Below, in pieces: positions 44,385 through 56,896 of a stretch of DNA of 64,000 nucleotides. Numbering within the stretch: the stretch's first letter is position 1; the number at the start of each line of letters is the position of its first letter. The stretch comes from Thraustochytrium aureum. Its lineage: Eukaryota. The position numbers and the translations under genes were made by a program. The stretch lies in NCBI GenBank assembly GCA_012862495.1, contig BLSG01000411.1:1-64000 (forward strand), written 5' to 3'. A model generated the notes under the pieces. The model was not told where the DNA came from. It did not search any database and was given only the letters and a program-made list of their open reading frames with translations.

Positions 44385-44455
44385 GAAAGCAACGCTGACG
44401 AAGGAAAGCAACGCCGATGAAGGAAAGCAACGCCGATGAAGGAAAGCAACGCCGA
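44385..44455. repeat. 19-bp tandem repeat, ~4 copies
   Basis: gaaggaaagcaacgccgat repeated. Confidence 0.85.
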
Positions 44456-45747
44456 AGGAGCGCATCGGGAAAACCACGGGCAGACAGGCAGAAAACACCC
44501 AGGCAGGCAGAGGGCGCCTCGGAGGAGCGTGGGCCAGGGCTGAAAAGAGTCGCGGCGGCGGCGCAGCGCGATGTCGGGGAGGGTCGGCGCGCGGCGGCCA
44601 AGCCGAAGCCACAGCCAAGAGCCAAGGNNNNNNNNNNNNNNNNNNNNNNNNNNNNNNNNNNNNNNNNNNNNNNNNNNNNNNNNNNNNNNNNNNNNNNNNN
44701 NNNNNNNNNNNNNNNNNNNNNNNNNNNNNNNNNNNNNNNNNNNNNNNNNNNNNNNNNNNNNNNNNNNNNNNNNNNNNNNNNNNNNNNNNNNNNNNNNNNN
44801 NNNNNNNNNNNNNNNNNNNNNNNNNNNNNNNNNNNNNNNNNNNNNNNNNNNNNNNNNNNNNNNNNNNNNNNNNNNNNNNNNNNNNNNNNNNNNNNNNNNN
44901 NNNNNNNNNNNNNNNNNNNNNNNNNNNNNNNNNNNNNNNNNNNNNNNNNNNNNNNNNNNNNNNNNNNNNNNNNNNNNNNNNNNNNNNNNNNNNNNNNNNN
45001 NNNNNNNNNNNNNNNNNNNNNNNNNNNNNNNNNNNNNNNNNNNNNNNNNNNNNNNNNNNNNNNNNNNNNNNNNNNNNNNNNNNNNNNNNNNNNNNNNNNN
45101 NNNNNNNNNNNNNNNNNNNNNNNNNNNNNNNNNNNNNNNNNNNNNNNNNNNNNNNNNNNNNNNNNNNNNNNNNNNNNNNNNNNNNNNNNNNNNNNNNNNN
45201 NNNNNNNNNNNNNNNNNNNNNNNNNNNNNNNNNNNNNNNNNNNNNNNNNNNNNNNNNNNNNNNNNNNNNNNNNNNNNNNNNNNNNNNNNNNNNNNNNNNN
45301 NNNNNNNNNNNNNNNNNNNNNNNNNNNNNNNNNNNNNNNNNNNNNNNNNNNNNNNNNNNNNNNNNNNNNNNNNNNNNNNNNNNNNNNNNNNNNNNNATGG
45401 TTGCAGCTGATGAGCCCACGGCTGCGGACGTTGCCTCGTCGAGCCCCTTTGCGAGGCGCAAATCGCGCAAGCACCGAAGGACAACGCAAGACGATGAGAC
45501 AATGCAACGAACGACAAAACAGCAGACAGTTTCTTTCTCTCCCCCCCCGCCCCCCCCCTTTCTCCCATGCCATTCCCGCGCCAGGAAAGAAACGCATGGC
45601 ACACGAGGGCAGCCCGAACAAACCGATCAAGCTCGCGGCAAGGGGGCGGATACTCGAACCGCGCCCAAACAACGACGCGGAAGAAAGCGACACCACGAGG
45701 GCCCCAGCACAACGAGCCACCGCACTCAGCTCATGTGGACTGGACGA

Positions 45748-48177
45748 TCAAAAGTTGGCGTCCCAGTTCGAACCACGGCTCCTGTACGGCTCAACGTAGT
45801 CTTGCTCCTCGTAGTCCTCAAAGTTGCTCGTGTCAAGCTCGTCCTTGATGGGAGGGATCCACGGCGCTTTGAGGCGCTTACGCACGAGCTCGTTGAAATC
45901 GACCGGCTTGAACCAAACGTGCAACTTGATCTCCGCCGTGCCGCCTTTGAGCGAGCCGAGACGCATGTGCGCGTCACGCGTCAGGAGCCTGGACACAAGG
46001 TCCTTGGCCTTCTCAGGGAATCGGCGCGAAAAGTCGACCTTGCCACGGACGATGTTTTTGCAGATCACCATGTGGTCGTTGTTGTGGTGGTCAGCGAAAG
46101 GCGAGGCACCAGTGATCATCTCAAAGATGAGGATACCAACAGCCCAGCAATCGACAGCTTTGCCATGGCCCTTGCCGAGCACAAGCTCCGGGCTGAGGTA
46201 CTCGGGTGTGCCGCAGAGCGTGTAGGTTTTGTCCTCGACGCGCTTCGCGAAGCCAAAGTCGACCACCTTGATGTAGCCCTCACGGCAGATCATGAGGTTC
46301 TCTGGCTTGAGGTCACGGTACACGATCTTGCGCGCGTGCAGGTAGTCTAGCGCGTCCACCACGCAGGCGGCGTAAAAGCGGGCGTCCGAGGTGCCGAGGT
46401 TGCCGCCGCGGATGTGCAAGAGGGTAAAGAGCTCCCCGCCCTGCACGAGCTCGAGGAGCAGGTAGAGGGCATGCTTGTCCTTGAAGGTCTTGTAGAGACG
46501 GAGGATGAAGGGGTGGTCGCACTCCATGAGGATCTCCTTTTCGTTCATCACGTTCTGCTGCTGCCGGTACGCCACGACTTGGGCCTTTTGGAGGACCTTG
46601 AGCGCATACGTTCGCTTCAATTTCGGGCACTCGGCGAGCTTGACGCGCCCAAAGGTGCCCGTGCCCAGCGTCTTGAGGACCTTGAGGTCGCTGAGCTTGA
46701 GCGTCGCCTCGAGAGCGGCCTGCTTCTTTTTGACCGCGTCGTTGAGCTGGTCGTCGCGCTGGTCCATCTCGCGCTTCATGATCTTGGCGAGGGGGCCCAG
46801 CAGCTTTTCGAACGCGCCGCGGTTCAGGGTGAGGCAAACAACCTCCTCCGAGACGGCGATCACACTGGCAGCGCGAGGCTCGTCCTTGATTAGCGCGCCC
46901 TCGCCAAAGTAGTCGGACGGGCCGAGGTCGGCCACGTCTGCTGGCTCGCTGGTGCCCTCGATCGTTTTGGACACGCGCGCCTCGCCCTCCTTGATGAGGA
47001 AAAACTTGGACCCTTGGTCGCCCTGTTTGATGATGGTCTCCCCCTGCTTGAAGACCTCCTCCTTCAGCGCGCCCTGGAGCTTGCGCAGCTCTGTTGGCTG
47101 CAGGTTGGCCAGCAGCGGAACGCTGCCAAGCACGCGCACCGCGAGGTTCATGTCCAGGACCTCCTTGAGCGGCCCAAGGAGCCGGTTGAACGCGTCCCGG
47201 TCTAGCACGAGGCACTCGGTGTCCGTGACCGCGATCACGTTAGCGGCGCGCGGCTCACTGAGCAGGAGGCTGCGCTCGCCAAAGTGGTCGCCGTCCTCGA
47301 GCATGACGTCCACCGAGCTCTCGCGCGACCCAGTCCCTGCGCGAGTGCACTTGACCTTGCCCCGCTTGATCATGAAGAAGATGTCCCCGTCGTTGCCCTT
47401 GCGGATGATGGTCTCGCCTGCGCGGAACTGGACCGTCTCGACAGCGTCTGATATGCGGTTGAGCTGCTCTGCGTTGAGCGACTTGAGAATGCTGACACTG
47501 CGCAGCGCCTTCTTGACCTCGTTGTTTTTGCGGTTGATGGTGCCGGCGACAATGTGGCGGAAGGCGCTGCGCTCCAAGACCCAAACGACGCCGTCCTGCT
47601 CACTCTGTACGGTGGCGGCGCGCGGGCAGTTGTAGAGCAGCGCGAGCTCTCCGAACGAGTCGCCCCGTTTGCACTCGCCCTTGGGTTCGCCGTCGACCGT
47701 GATTTTGAAGACGCCATCTTCGACGATGTAGAAGCGGTCCCCGCGGTCGCCCTGCTTGATGAGCTCCTTGCCGGCCTTAACCTTTTTCTTGGTTAGAGCG
47801 TGCAGGATGCGATCGATCTGCTCGGACAGCAGGTCGCGGAAGAGAATGTTTTCGTGCAGCGCCTTCTCCAAGAATTCGCGCGTGTCCTTGGCCTTGTCCA
47901 CCAGCGGGTTGTTGCTAAATTCGATCTCTACGTTTTCCGGCTCGAAGCTCTCGTCGAAAATGTCGCCCCGCCGCTTGGCGGCCAGCGCGCGGTGCAGTTT
48001 GGTCTCGGCTTGCAGCTTGTCAACCGCCCGGTCCTCGTCGTAGTCCACCTTGACTTCGATGTCGGTCTCCGAGGCCACCGTGCCCTTGCTGTCCTTCTTG
48101 CCGGCGCCCCCTGCGCTGCCGGTCAGCGGCAAGCTGGCGAGCCCAGCGCCGCTCAGTTTCGAGTTCATGCACCCCAT
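45748..48177 (-). CDS. Cyclic-nucleotide-dependent protein kinase (PKG architecture: 3 cNMP domains + AGC kinase), 809 aa
   Basis: MGC acylation start; KRRGDIFDE pseudosubstrate; three FGE...PRAA cassettes; LGTGTFGRV, YRDLKPEN, DFGFAK, TYTLCGTPEY, DTSNFEDY. Confidence 0.95.
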   Translation of the reverse strand: MGCMNSKLSGAGLASLPLTGSAGGAGKKDSKGTVASETDIEVKVDYDEDRAVDKLQAETKLHRALAAKRRGDIFDESFEPENVEIEFSNNPLVDKAKDTREFLEKALHENILFRDLLSEQIDRILHALTKKKVKAGKELIKQGDRGDRFYIVEDGVFKITVDGEPKGECKRGDSFGELALLYNCPRAATVQSEQDGVVWVLERSAFRHIVAGTINRKNNEVKKALRSVSILKSLNAEQLNRISDAVETVQFRAGETIIRKGNDGDIFFMIKRGKVKCTRAGTGSRESSVDVMLEDGDHFGERSLLLSEPRAANVIAVTDTECLVLDRDAFNRLLGPLKEVLDMNLAVRVLGSVPLLANLQPTELRKLQGALKEEVFKQGETIIKQGDQGSKFFLIKEGEARVSKTIEGTSEPADVADLGPSDYFGEGALIKDEPRAASVIAVSEEVVCLTLNRGAFEKLLGPLAKIMKREMDQRDDQLNDAVKKKQAALEATLKLSDLKVLKTLGTGTFGRVKLAECPKLKRTYALKVLQKAQVVAYRQQQNVMNEKEILMECDHPFILRLYKTFKDKHALYLLLELVQGGELFTLLHIRGGNLGTSDARFYAACVVDALDYLHARKIVYRDLKPENLMICREGYIKVVDFGFAKRVEDKTYTLCGTPEYLSPELVLGKGHGKAVDCWAVGILIFEMITGASPFADHHNNDHMVICKNIVRGKVDFSRRFPEKAKDLVSRLLTRDAHMRLGSLKGGTAEIKLHVWFKPVDFNELVRKRLKAPWIPPIKDELDTSNFEDYEEQDYVEPYRSRGSNWDANF

Positions 48178-49800
48178 TTCGGCAAGAGCGCCACCGCGCC
48201 CGCAGCAGCCTACTTTTCTTTTGCGGACTCCTGTCGCGCCCTCGCCGATNNNNNNNNNNNNNNNNNNNNNNNNNNNNNNNNNNNNNNNNNNNNNNNNNNN
48301 NNNNNNNNNNNNNNNNNNNNNNNNNNNNNNNNNNNNNNNNNNNNNNNNNNNNNNNNNNNNNNNNNNNNNNNNNNNNNNNNNNNNNNNNNNNNNNNNNNNN
48401 NNNNNNNNNNNNNNNNNNNNNNNNNNNNNNNNNNNNNNGGCTGCTCCGCGTTGGTGGGTGGCGCGCCTGCTCTTTTTCGCCGCACGCGCTGTTCGAGCAA
48501 GCGCTGAGACCTTGCGCGTCGCGCGGACAGCGGCCCGTGCGCCTGGCCGAGCGGCCGGATCCTCGTCCGGGGCGCGCGCCGTGCAGGCCCTGCAGCGACA
48601 GGTCCTCCTTGCCTGCCGAGTGAGAGGGCGTGCGAGCGAGCGTGCTGCGCGCTGCGTGCCAGTATGTCTGTCTGGTCTGTCACGTTGTTTGTCTGTGACA
48701 ATGGCCGCATCAAGCGCGAAGGCGCATTGGGAGAGCGAGCGTCCTTTGCCTCCGCTTCCTCTCTGCGGCGCAAGGTGTGAACGCCGCGCGCCTCACGAGC
48801 GCCTTGCACGTTTTCAGGTTTTAGGGTTTTGGGCAAAACGATGCCTTCTTCGAACATGCACGCTCACTCGGCCACCTCCCTCTCACCCGCCCAAGCAGCA
48901 CGGAGCAGAATGCACCTTCCAGCGCAACAGGCGCCGCGACTTGACAGATTTGCACAATAGTAAGTACACTTTCTTTTCCCTCAGGCTTTCTTTCTCTTTG
49001 TCTTTCCCTCTTTCTTTCGCTCGCCTCTTCTCTCTTTCGCTCTCTTTTTCGTTCTTTCTTTCTTCAATCTCTCTTTTTGGTCAAGAGACCTTCTTCCTCG
49101 TTCAAGTTTGCCTTCGTTTGCGTGCTGCTGATCGAGATGAGGCTGGCGAATCTGCGAGAGGCCCCACTCGCGCATGCACGCAGCGCCTCCGAGTCCTTCC
49201 CTCCCGCCCTCTCCGCCTCGCCCTTCACACGCTCGCGCACGCAGGCGGTCCACAACTTGAACTTGTTGAAGTTTGAAACCGCGGCGGCTCTTCTCCTCCT
49301 CCTTCGCCTCGGAGAAGAAGAAGAAGATACGAACTTGAAAAGCAAACGCCAAGGCCGCGGCCTCCTCCCTCCTTCTTTCCAGCCCCGCAGATTCAAGTGG
49401 CTTTTTGCTCTTTCATAATCTCTTTCAACCCGGCACCGATCAACGACCGATTCACTCGAAGGGGGCATGGGTTGGATAGAGAAGGGCGCCTGGCGCGTTC
49501 ACGTTGGGTCCGGCCTTCACACGCCCCGCGAAAAGGTATGGCGTGGCGGCGCCGACAAAACAAGACTCGCCGTTCGCTCGCGGGTGAAGACGGTCTGGCC
49601 GACTTCTGCATGTGGCACAGGGCCGCGGTGTCGTGTATGGCCGAGTGCGCACACGAAGCCCGTATGTACCTATGTCTGCAGGCAGCAGTGAAGGGAGGTA
49701 CTCGTACTTGCCCTTTGCGATGGCCTTGACGGGCGCTTGTCGACTCGGACAGCGACAACCCCGCGTTGATCGCTCCTTGCCTGCCTGTTCAGTACGTTGA

Positions 49801-49826
49801 GTAGTAGAGTAGAGTAGAGTAGAGTA
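49801..49826. repeat. (AGAGT)n pentanucleotide microsatellite
   Basis: gtagtagagtagagtagagtagagta. Confidence 0.8.
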
Positions 49827-50030
49827 CCTACAGAACTGCATCCTGCATAGAGTACCTACCTCGTCGCACCGGTGCTCGCGGTGCGCGTCCAGAGCAGGTT
49901 CTCGGAGCTGGACGGGCGCAGTGCGTTGCGTTGCCGGGGATTCGCGCAAGGCATCCGTCGGCAACCTCGAGCCCTGTCAGTTTCCAAGCAGCGCGTCGCC
50001 ACGACCGCGTCGCGGAAAGGGCGAGCCGAG

Positions 50031-51047
50031 ATGCGAAGCGTTCGAGGTGGTGGTGCCGCGGCCGTGGCTGCCACTGTCGCTTCCGCGCTGCTCCAGGACG
50101 CGAGGGCGCTTCGATGCGTGACGCAACTGGACACAGACCCAGAGGCGTGGACGTACGAGGAGTGCAGTACATTTTGCATCATCGCCTTCGCGGACACGAC
50201 CCTTCTCCCAGAGTTTGAGCAGCCCGAACCAATCTGCTCAGGCGCAGGGTGTGCCGTGCTGGACGAGGACGGCGAGGTCGACTGGTCCAAGTCAGTGATT
50301 AGGTCTGGGGACTTCCCCGCCGACGGCGAAGTCGTGACGTTCAAATGTGACAACTCGACCTTCACCAAGTACCCTTCCTCGCTCGAGTCCACGCTTGAGA
50401 GTGGCGAGCCGTGCAACCTGTACCGCGATTGGACGAGCCCGACGCAGCGGTGCCAGTTCCTCCCAGACGCTGCCGAACTGGACTCACTCACGGTTGAAGC
50501 CTCGTTCTTCCAAAAGAACAAGTTCGTAGTCGTGCTCGCGATCTGCCTCTTTATTGCATTAGGCGCGCTCCTGGCCGGCTGGTTGTTCTACCGGCATCGC
50601 GTGGCAGACAAGCGCAAGAATCGCGTCGGTGGGAAGCTGCCCGACGGCGACGGCAGCCCGGACCTCGAGATCTCACCAGCAGCGGGTGCAGGGGATTCGC
50701 AAAAGGTATTCATTGACCCAGAGTCGAGCCCAGACACGCGCCAGGTCGCCCTGTCCAGCGTTTCGCTCATCAACGACAGCGACGTGGAGTCCTCTACGCT
50801 CCCTGCACACCTCGCGCCAGGCTCGGCCGCCTACGAGATGTACCACAAAGCACTGACCTCGATTTATAAGGATGCCGACCAGGACGTTTCCCGTGTGGAC
50901 AACGTGCTGCAGCAATACCTCTCGCGGCCCAACGGCATGGAGCTGCTCAACAAGAAGCTCAAGCTCAAGTTCGGCAAGCAGCTTCGCAAGTTCAAGCCGC
51001 CCACCGAGGTGAAAGAGGCGCCGACCACCTCGCAGTCGTTCTTCTAA
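50031..51047 (+). CDS. Single-pass type I membrane protein with Cys-rich ectodomain
   Basis: Signal-like N-terminus, Cys-rich ectodomain, TM VVVLAICLFIALGALLAGWLF followed by basic residues, small C-terminal helical domain (LTSIY...VDNVLQQY...LKLKFG). Confidence 0.75.
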   Translation: MRSVRGGGAAAVAATVASALLQDARALRCVTQLDTDPEAWTYEECSTFCIIAFADTTLLPEFEQPEPICSGAGCAVLDEDGEVDWSKSVIRSGDFPADGEVVTFKCDNSTFTKYPSSLESTLESGEPCNLYRDWTSPTQRCQFLPDAAELDSLTVEASFFQKNKFVVVLAICLFIALGALLAGWLFYRHRVADKRKNRVGGKLPDGDGSPDLEISPAAGAGDSQKVFIDPESSPDTRQVALSSVSLINDSDVESSTLPAHLAPGSAAYEMYHKALTSIYKDADQDVSRVDNVLQQYLSRPNGMELLNKKLKLKFGKQLRKFKPPTEVKEAPTTSQSFF

Positions 51048-51418
51048 CTCGGCCCAGGGTAGGGCCGTTGAGGCGCTTGCAGCGCGGCTTTCTTTTGTTT
51101 GGCAAGCAAGCAAGCAAGCAAATTCCCCTTTTTGTGCGAGCGATAAGAAGAGATGCACGCCGAACCATCAGAGTCCTGGCCGAGCGTGACGCGCCGCCTG
51201 CGCAGGCCAAAACCCGCCGAGGGTCGATTGGACGTTGAAAGTGGGAGGCATCGCTCGCTCGCTCGCTCGCTCTGGCCTGGCCAGCGGCCAAGCCGGGCGC
51301 TACACTTCTAGCTAGTTCACACGCGACGCCGCCCTGACGTTCGACCTCGTGTGGCTTGCTGACATCTACTTGCTGTAGTTGGTACGAGTACAATCAATCG
51401 CCTGAGCCAGCTCTACAG

Positions 51419-52168
51419 CTAGTCGACCCGGTCCAGTATCCGGTGCGCCGTGATCGGTGCGCCGTCTTTGGGGAACAGCGTGTTCACCGAGTGGAACGTC
51501 TTGCCGTCGTCGTCCAGAAACCGAACGATGCGTTGCTCGTGACCATACTTGGAGTAGCTGGCGCGCGACACGCAGCATGTAACGAACGACTCGGTGCGAT
51601 TGCAGGGCTGGAGCTCGGACACCGGCATCTTCTCCCACCGCGTCCTCGTCGTGATTGGCGACCCATCCAGCGGGTGCTTGGCAACAAACTCGCGCTCGTC
51701 CGTCCAAAGGTCCACCCTGTTCCGGTACAGCCCGCCCAGCTGCGAGATCTCTTCTGCAACAAGCAAGTTGTCCTCGGACTGATCCACTGTCATGCGCGAC
51801 TGCGACCACCGGCCCATTCGAATCAGGTACGCGGGGACGCCAATCTTCTGCATGATCTCCACCAACTCTTGGTGCTGCGATCGCTCGAGGTTCAGGACCC
51901 AAGTCCCGCTAAAGTTGGGAGGCGCGGCGCGGTGCAGCATCGAGTCAACGCGGGGCGTCAGCGTGCCAGGCCCGTGCATGCGCAGCTCGCTGAACGCCTT
52001 GTCAGGCAGCCCTCGTCGCACCTGGTGACGCACCACCAGCTCGCTCCTCTCCTCGCTCCGCGGGTCGCTCCGCGCGTCGCTCCGCGCGTCCTTACCGCCC
52101 ACGACTGCTGCGCACCCAAGCGCAAGCGTAACACCCGGCACGAGCCGCCGCGACATGAGCGTCCACAT
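51419..52168 (-). CDS. Lipocalin/FABP-like (calycin) protein
   Basis: PNFSGTWVLNLERS...IMQKIGVPAYLIRMG matches the FABP N-terminal GxW plus helix-turn-helix. Start ATG is 52168 or 52156. Confidence 0.65.
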   Translation of the reverse strand: MWTLMSRRLVPGVTLALGCAAVVGGKDARSDARSDPRSEERSELVVRHQVRRGLPDKAFSELRMHGPGTLTPRVDSMLHRAAPPNFSGTWVLNLERSQHQELVEIMQKIGVPAYLIRMGRWSQSRMTVDQSEDNLLVAEEISQLGGLYRNRVDLWTDEREFVAKHPLDGSPITTRTRWEKMPVSELQPCNRTESFVTCCVSRASYSKYGHEQRIVRFLDDDGKTFHSVNTLFPKDGAPITAHRILDRVD

Positions 52169-52928
52169 CTTGCCGCGATCTCGAAACGGCGACTGCTGGC
52201 GCGCGACCGCCGTCCGCAGCAACCTCGGCTCGCGCTCTCCTGCCGAAGCTTCGCGCCCGGTCGAGCGAGGCCACCGACTCGCCTGAGAGGCCGCTGCACC
52301 CCGCGACCTTGGTTGAGGCTGCCTGTTCGCTTCGGACCGCGTCTGTTGCGCCGCGGACTACGACCACGCTGCCGGTTTCTTCCTTCCTCCAATCAAGCCC
52401 CGCTCTCTCTCTCTCTCTCTCTCTCTCTGCTTGCTTACTTCCTCACGCCCTCACTGCGAACAGGAGAACACTTCTTCCTGCCGGAGGGCCGCAGATGCGA
52501 GACAGATTCTCTCTCATGCCACATGCCACACATGACATGATGCCTCCGAGTCGGCCACTCTGCTCTGAATTCTGTTCTGATGTGAGAGGTGACTGCCAGT
52601 GGGTCATCGTCGTGATGGCTCGGAGGTGAAAGGAGAAAAGGTGAAAGACACTTGTGAAAAAAGTCATTTCTCCTGAGGGGTGAGGGTTCTGTGACTAACA
52701 AAATCCCAAAGAACAATAAAGAACAATAAAGAACAAAGAACAACCATGAACAGAAAGAACCGGAGTGGACGCCTGCTTGTCTGCAGAGAACAGCGGGTCC
52801 TCGTCGTTCGTATCCTGCCTTACGGCGCCGCGCGGCAGTCACGCTTCCGACGCGCGGAGGCAGGACGTTAGAGCGCGTTGCGGACCGAGGCGGGCGGCCC
52901 CTCGGTTGGCTCGCACGCGCAGGCGAGG

Positions 52929-55900
52929 ATGGCGACCTTTTTCAAAGACATGTTTGCCCCCGGCTCAACCTCTGCCGCCCAGGGTCGAAAAGATGGCCAA
53001 GAGAAGCCTCGCGCCGCCGCCGCGCAAGCAAGCGGCGGCGCGTCAGGCGAACCAGTTTCCAGTTTCTTTAAGGATGTGTTTTCCTCCAGGACTCGCCGGG
53101 GAGGGCCGCCGGGGCCGACTGGCCAGAGACCCGTGACGCCAGAAGTTCACCAGCTTCGGGCGCTCCCATTCGCAGGGTCCTCGACGCACCCAGGCACAAG
53201 CGGCAGCGACCAGGCGGCTCCTCCCCCTCCTGAACTGCTCTCGTTTCTTGCCAACCACCCTCGGAGAGATCGCCCGGTCCAGTCAAAGCGCCGCACATCT
53301 GCCTCGGACGAGCGCAGCAACGGCGGCAGCGCTCAAAGCCAAGAAAACGAAGATAAAGCCCCGAGCGCTGCAGCAGACGGGCTCGACGCCGGGTTCTTTG
53401 AGCCAGAGTTTGACGGCCTGGCTTTCGCTCTCAAATCGTTCCCGGAAGGCGCCGCGAAGGACGAGCAAGAGATGTTTATCATGGAGCAGCTGGCGCTCTT
53501 GCGCAACCACCAACAAGACATCAACAAGCAGCTTTTGCGCGTGGTACAAAGCAACCACGCCGAGCTTGTCAGCGGCATGCGTCAGGTGCAGAGCATTGAC
53601 ATGGACCTGACGCGAGCCACCGTCAACGTGAAAAATGCTCGTCGCCGACTGCGGCTGGCGCAAGAGGGCCTCGTTCGCGGCGACCTCCGCGTGGTGCAAC
53701 TGCACCGGCGTCGCGCTCGGGCCAAGCAAGTTGCGGCCTGCCTGGAGGAGGTTGGCGCCTTGATCGAGCGGCGCCAACACGTAGCCCGAGCGGTCGCCAG
53801 CGGCGACGTCCCGGGATCGGTCGGCGAGTGCGTCCGCACAATGCGCCAAGTAGCCGCCCACGGGAGCCAGCGCCGCTTCCGCGCTGTGGCCGAGCTGGAA
53901 GCGAGCCTCATCGACACCCTGCCAACGCTGCGGCGCAGAACTGACGACAAGCTGCGCGAGATCTGCGGCGCGCGGAACAGGCTCGACATTGAGGCCTACA
54001 AACTTGTCGTAGTCTCGTACGTCCACCTCGACCGCGCCATAGCCGAGTACGTTCCGCCTGAGAGGATCGCGCGCCTTGCAGCGGCTGGGAGTTTCCGCGC
54101 CTCTGCGCCGCGCGGTGCCAATGCAACGGACGGGGTCAAGGGGCTCGCAGTTCGTGTTCAGCGCACGATGATTTCCCTCATGGAGCAAGCTATCAAACAG
54201 CAGCTTGTCGCGTTCCTGGAGGACGTCGAGAGGTCCAAGCATGCGCCTCTTCCCAAGGACGGGCCGGACGCCGTCGTGGAGCTCGACGTGGCGGCGTTGA
54301 ACCCGCCGCCGCCGCCGCCGCCGCCAGCTGCTGTTTCGGCCAAGCCTGACACGGGGATCAGCGCCGCTCGGGCGAGAGGCATGTCCCTTAAGGACCTTTG
54401 CGACCAACTCCCAACGCGCGAGTCTGCCCGGCCGAGCTTGGTGCGCCGCGTAGCGTTCGCGTTCGAACAAGTCTGCGAACTTTTGCACAAGTACGACGCC
54501 GTTGTGCGTTGGCATGTCGCGTTCTCCACAGCGGCGCAGGAAAGAGCGCTCCAACGAAGTGCAGCGCCCGATAGCCTAACCGCGCCAGCGAACGACCAGG
54601 CCGCACTTGAGTCCCTGGTCGACGCCGCTGACGCGGCTGGCGGGCTGCTCGAGCAGCCGCCCAGTAGCAAGCTCTTCGCTGAAATTGCGCGTGACCTCGA
54701 GGCCGGTCGCCGACCCGTCTGGACCGGCCTCTTGTCGCATGTCGCCACGCTCACGCAAAGCCCTGCGCTCGCGTACCCGGCCATGAAACTGCACTCGTTC
54801 GAGAACCTAGTTAAACTCACCGACATCTTGACCAGCATCGGCCAAGCGTTTGGAGGGCGACACCTGCCAGCTCGAGATGCGGGCGTTCATCCGCGACCTT
54901 TGCAAAACGTACTGCCGTGACTTTCACCGAGATCGCGTGGAGGCGCTGCGAAGCTTTATGGTGCGCGAGCACTGGTCTATGATACGCGTGTCACTCGAGA
55001 GCCTCGGCGGCATTCCGGGCCTCCTTCAGCGCGGTGTCACCAAGCACCTGATTCGGTCGCCTTCTGTGGAGGAGGACGACAGTTCGATCAACTACTCTTA
55101 CGAGCTTGCAAAGGGACGCCGTGCAACGATGGAGTCGCTCGCCGGTGATGGCAACCCCTTCAGCGGGCTCTGCCGCCAGACAGAACGCCCCGACCCTCAC
55201 AACGCCGAACTAGCTCCCGACGGGCCAAACGCACAGGATGCGCCGCTGGCTGCCCCCCATCTGGGCGACGGCGGCGCGGCTGCAGCTGCCTCGGACGCTG
55301 ACACTCTCCCGGTTGTGCTGACAACAACGGTGATCAACTGCGTTGCCAAGGACGTGGGGGCCTACCTGCTAGTCATCCAGCGCGTTCCTGGCGTGGCCAT
55401 CGACGTCTTTCGCAAGCTGCAGTCCCTCTTCAACGTCTACCTGTACAATATCCTCACCAACTTTGTCCCCGGCGTGGTGCTATACTTTATGTTCGCCAAG
55501 CCAAACTCACCATTCGCGGCGCAGTTCGGCACGCTTCGCGCGGCAATGCTGGTCACTCGGGAGGAGCTAGGAGCGCCGACGCTTAGTGTTCGTATCCCAG
55601 TGGCCTCCAACGTCCCAGCCAAGGCGAAGGAGTCCCGCGCCGCCTCTGCGGCGAATCGGCTGCTCGGGCGGCAGTCCAGCGCAAAGGCAATCCGCAGCTC
55701 GCCGAGGCTCCCAGTTCTGGGGCGTAAGACTGGCCGCGAAGCGATGGCTGCGCCGGAGACGAACGCCTCTGACGCAAAGCAGGCCCCCTCGAATGGAATG
55801 GACGGCGCGGTCGGAGGGTGACGGCCGCCGGGTCTCTGCGCCTGCAATAGTGGGGGCCGGCGCGACCGTGGCTTCGTCCGGGTACGCCTCTTTCAAGCTT

Positions 55901-56896
55901 TTGCCATCAGCGATCCCGAGCCGCGTGGTCTCCATGATGCACGCAGAGCCCTTGCCCAGGGACGGAGCCATCGACCTGAGTGGGGACGACGATCCCAACG
56001 CCCAGGGCATTGGGACCCGCTCTGACGCGGAGGCGAACGCCGCTATGGCTGCTCGGATCGTTGCTGCAGAGTCTACTGCTTTCGCGCACCATCTCCTCGA
56101 GTCTGTTCGAGGCCAGGTTGAGCTTTTGCTCGCCCCTATTGAGCGATCGCAAGTATCTGACCGTGCCTTCGCTGAGTTGCAAAGCTCTGCGGCACAGCTC
56201 CGCCTTCTTCTGCACAGATGCACAGCGCGCGTGCTCATCGATAGGTTCGCCCTCGACGCCTTCGCGTCGCGGTCTGCTGCTGCGGCGGCTCAGGGCAAGA
56301 AGCCGAGCGGCGCTGATGGGATCGCGCTCCGCGTGCCGAGCGGGACTTTGGGATCGATTGCGCTTCTTATTGTCGAGGCGGTGCAGTGGAGCCGGGTCAA
56401 GACTCTCCAGAGCGAGGCAAGCCCTTATGTGGACAAGGTGGTCTTGCGGATGCGAAAGATCTGGTCCCACCTACAGCGTGAAAGTGGCGAAGGGTCGGTG
56501 TATCCAGTTGGCGCCACGCCGTCAATCTGGTACGCCGCTGTGGTCGAGTGTCTAGACCAGGTCTTGGATGGATTTGCCAGCGTGCAGGCCTGCACAACGG
56601 AGGGGCGCGCGCTAATGTCGTTAGACTTGGCCTCGCTATTCCGCGGCCTCCAAGACGTGCGCCCGTGCGGAGACCGCGCCGCAGAAAGCAAGCAGCGTGT
56701 GGACTCGTTCGTCAAGGCCTTTTATTACGATCGCGAGCAAGACGTGCTCGAGTGGGTCGAGCTCAACAAGACCAAGTACGAGCACTGGCACCTGCGCAAC
56801 CTCGTAGAGTTTGGCGTGGGAGCCAAGTCGCAAGAGGTGCGTGAGCGGATGTTGCTGGCAGTTGACAAGTCGTACATGTCCGGTCGGGCGGGCTAG
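52929..56896 (+). CDS. VPS50: Syndetin / VPS50 (EARP complex); two +1 frame breaks (~54855, ~55815)
   Basis: FFEPEFD plus N-terminal coiled coil; YCRDFHRDRVEALRSFMVREHW; RIVAAES; C-terminal ASPYVD, LDGFASVQACTTEGRALMSLDL, VDSFVKAFY. Confidence 0.85.
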
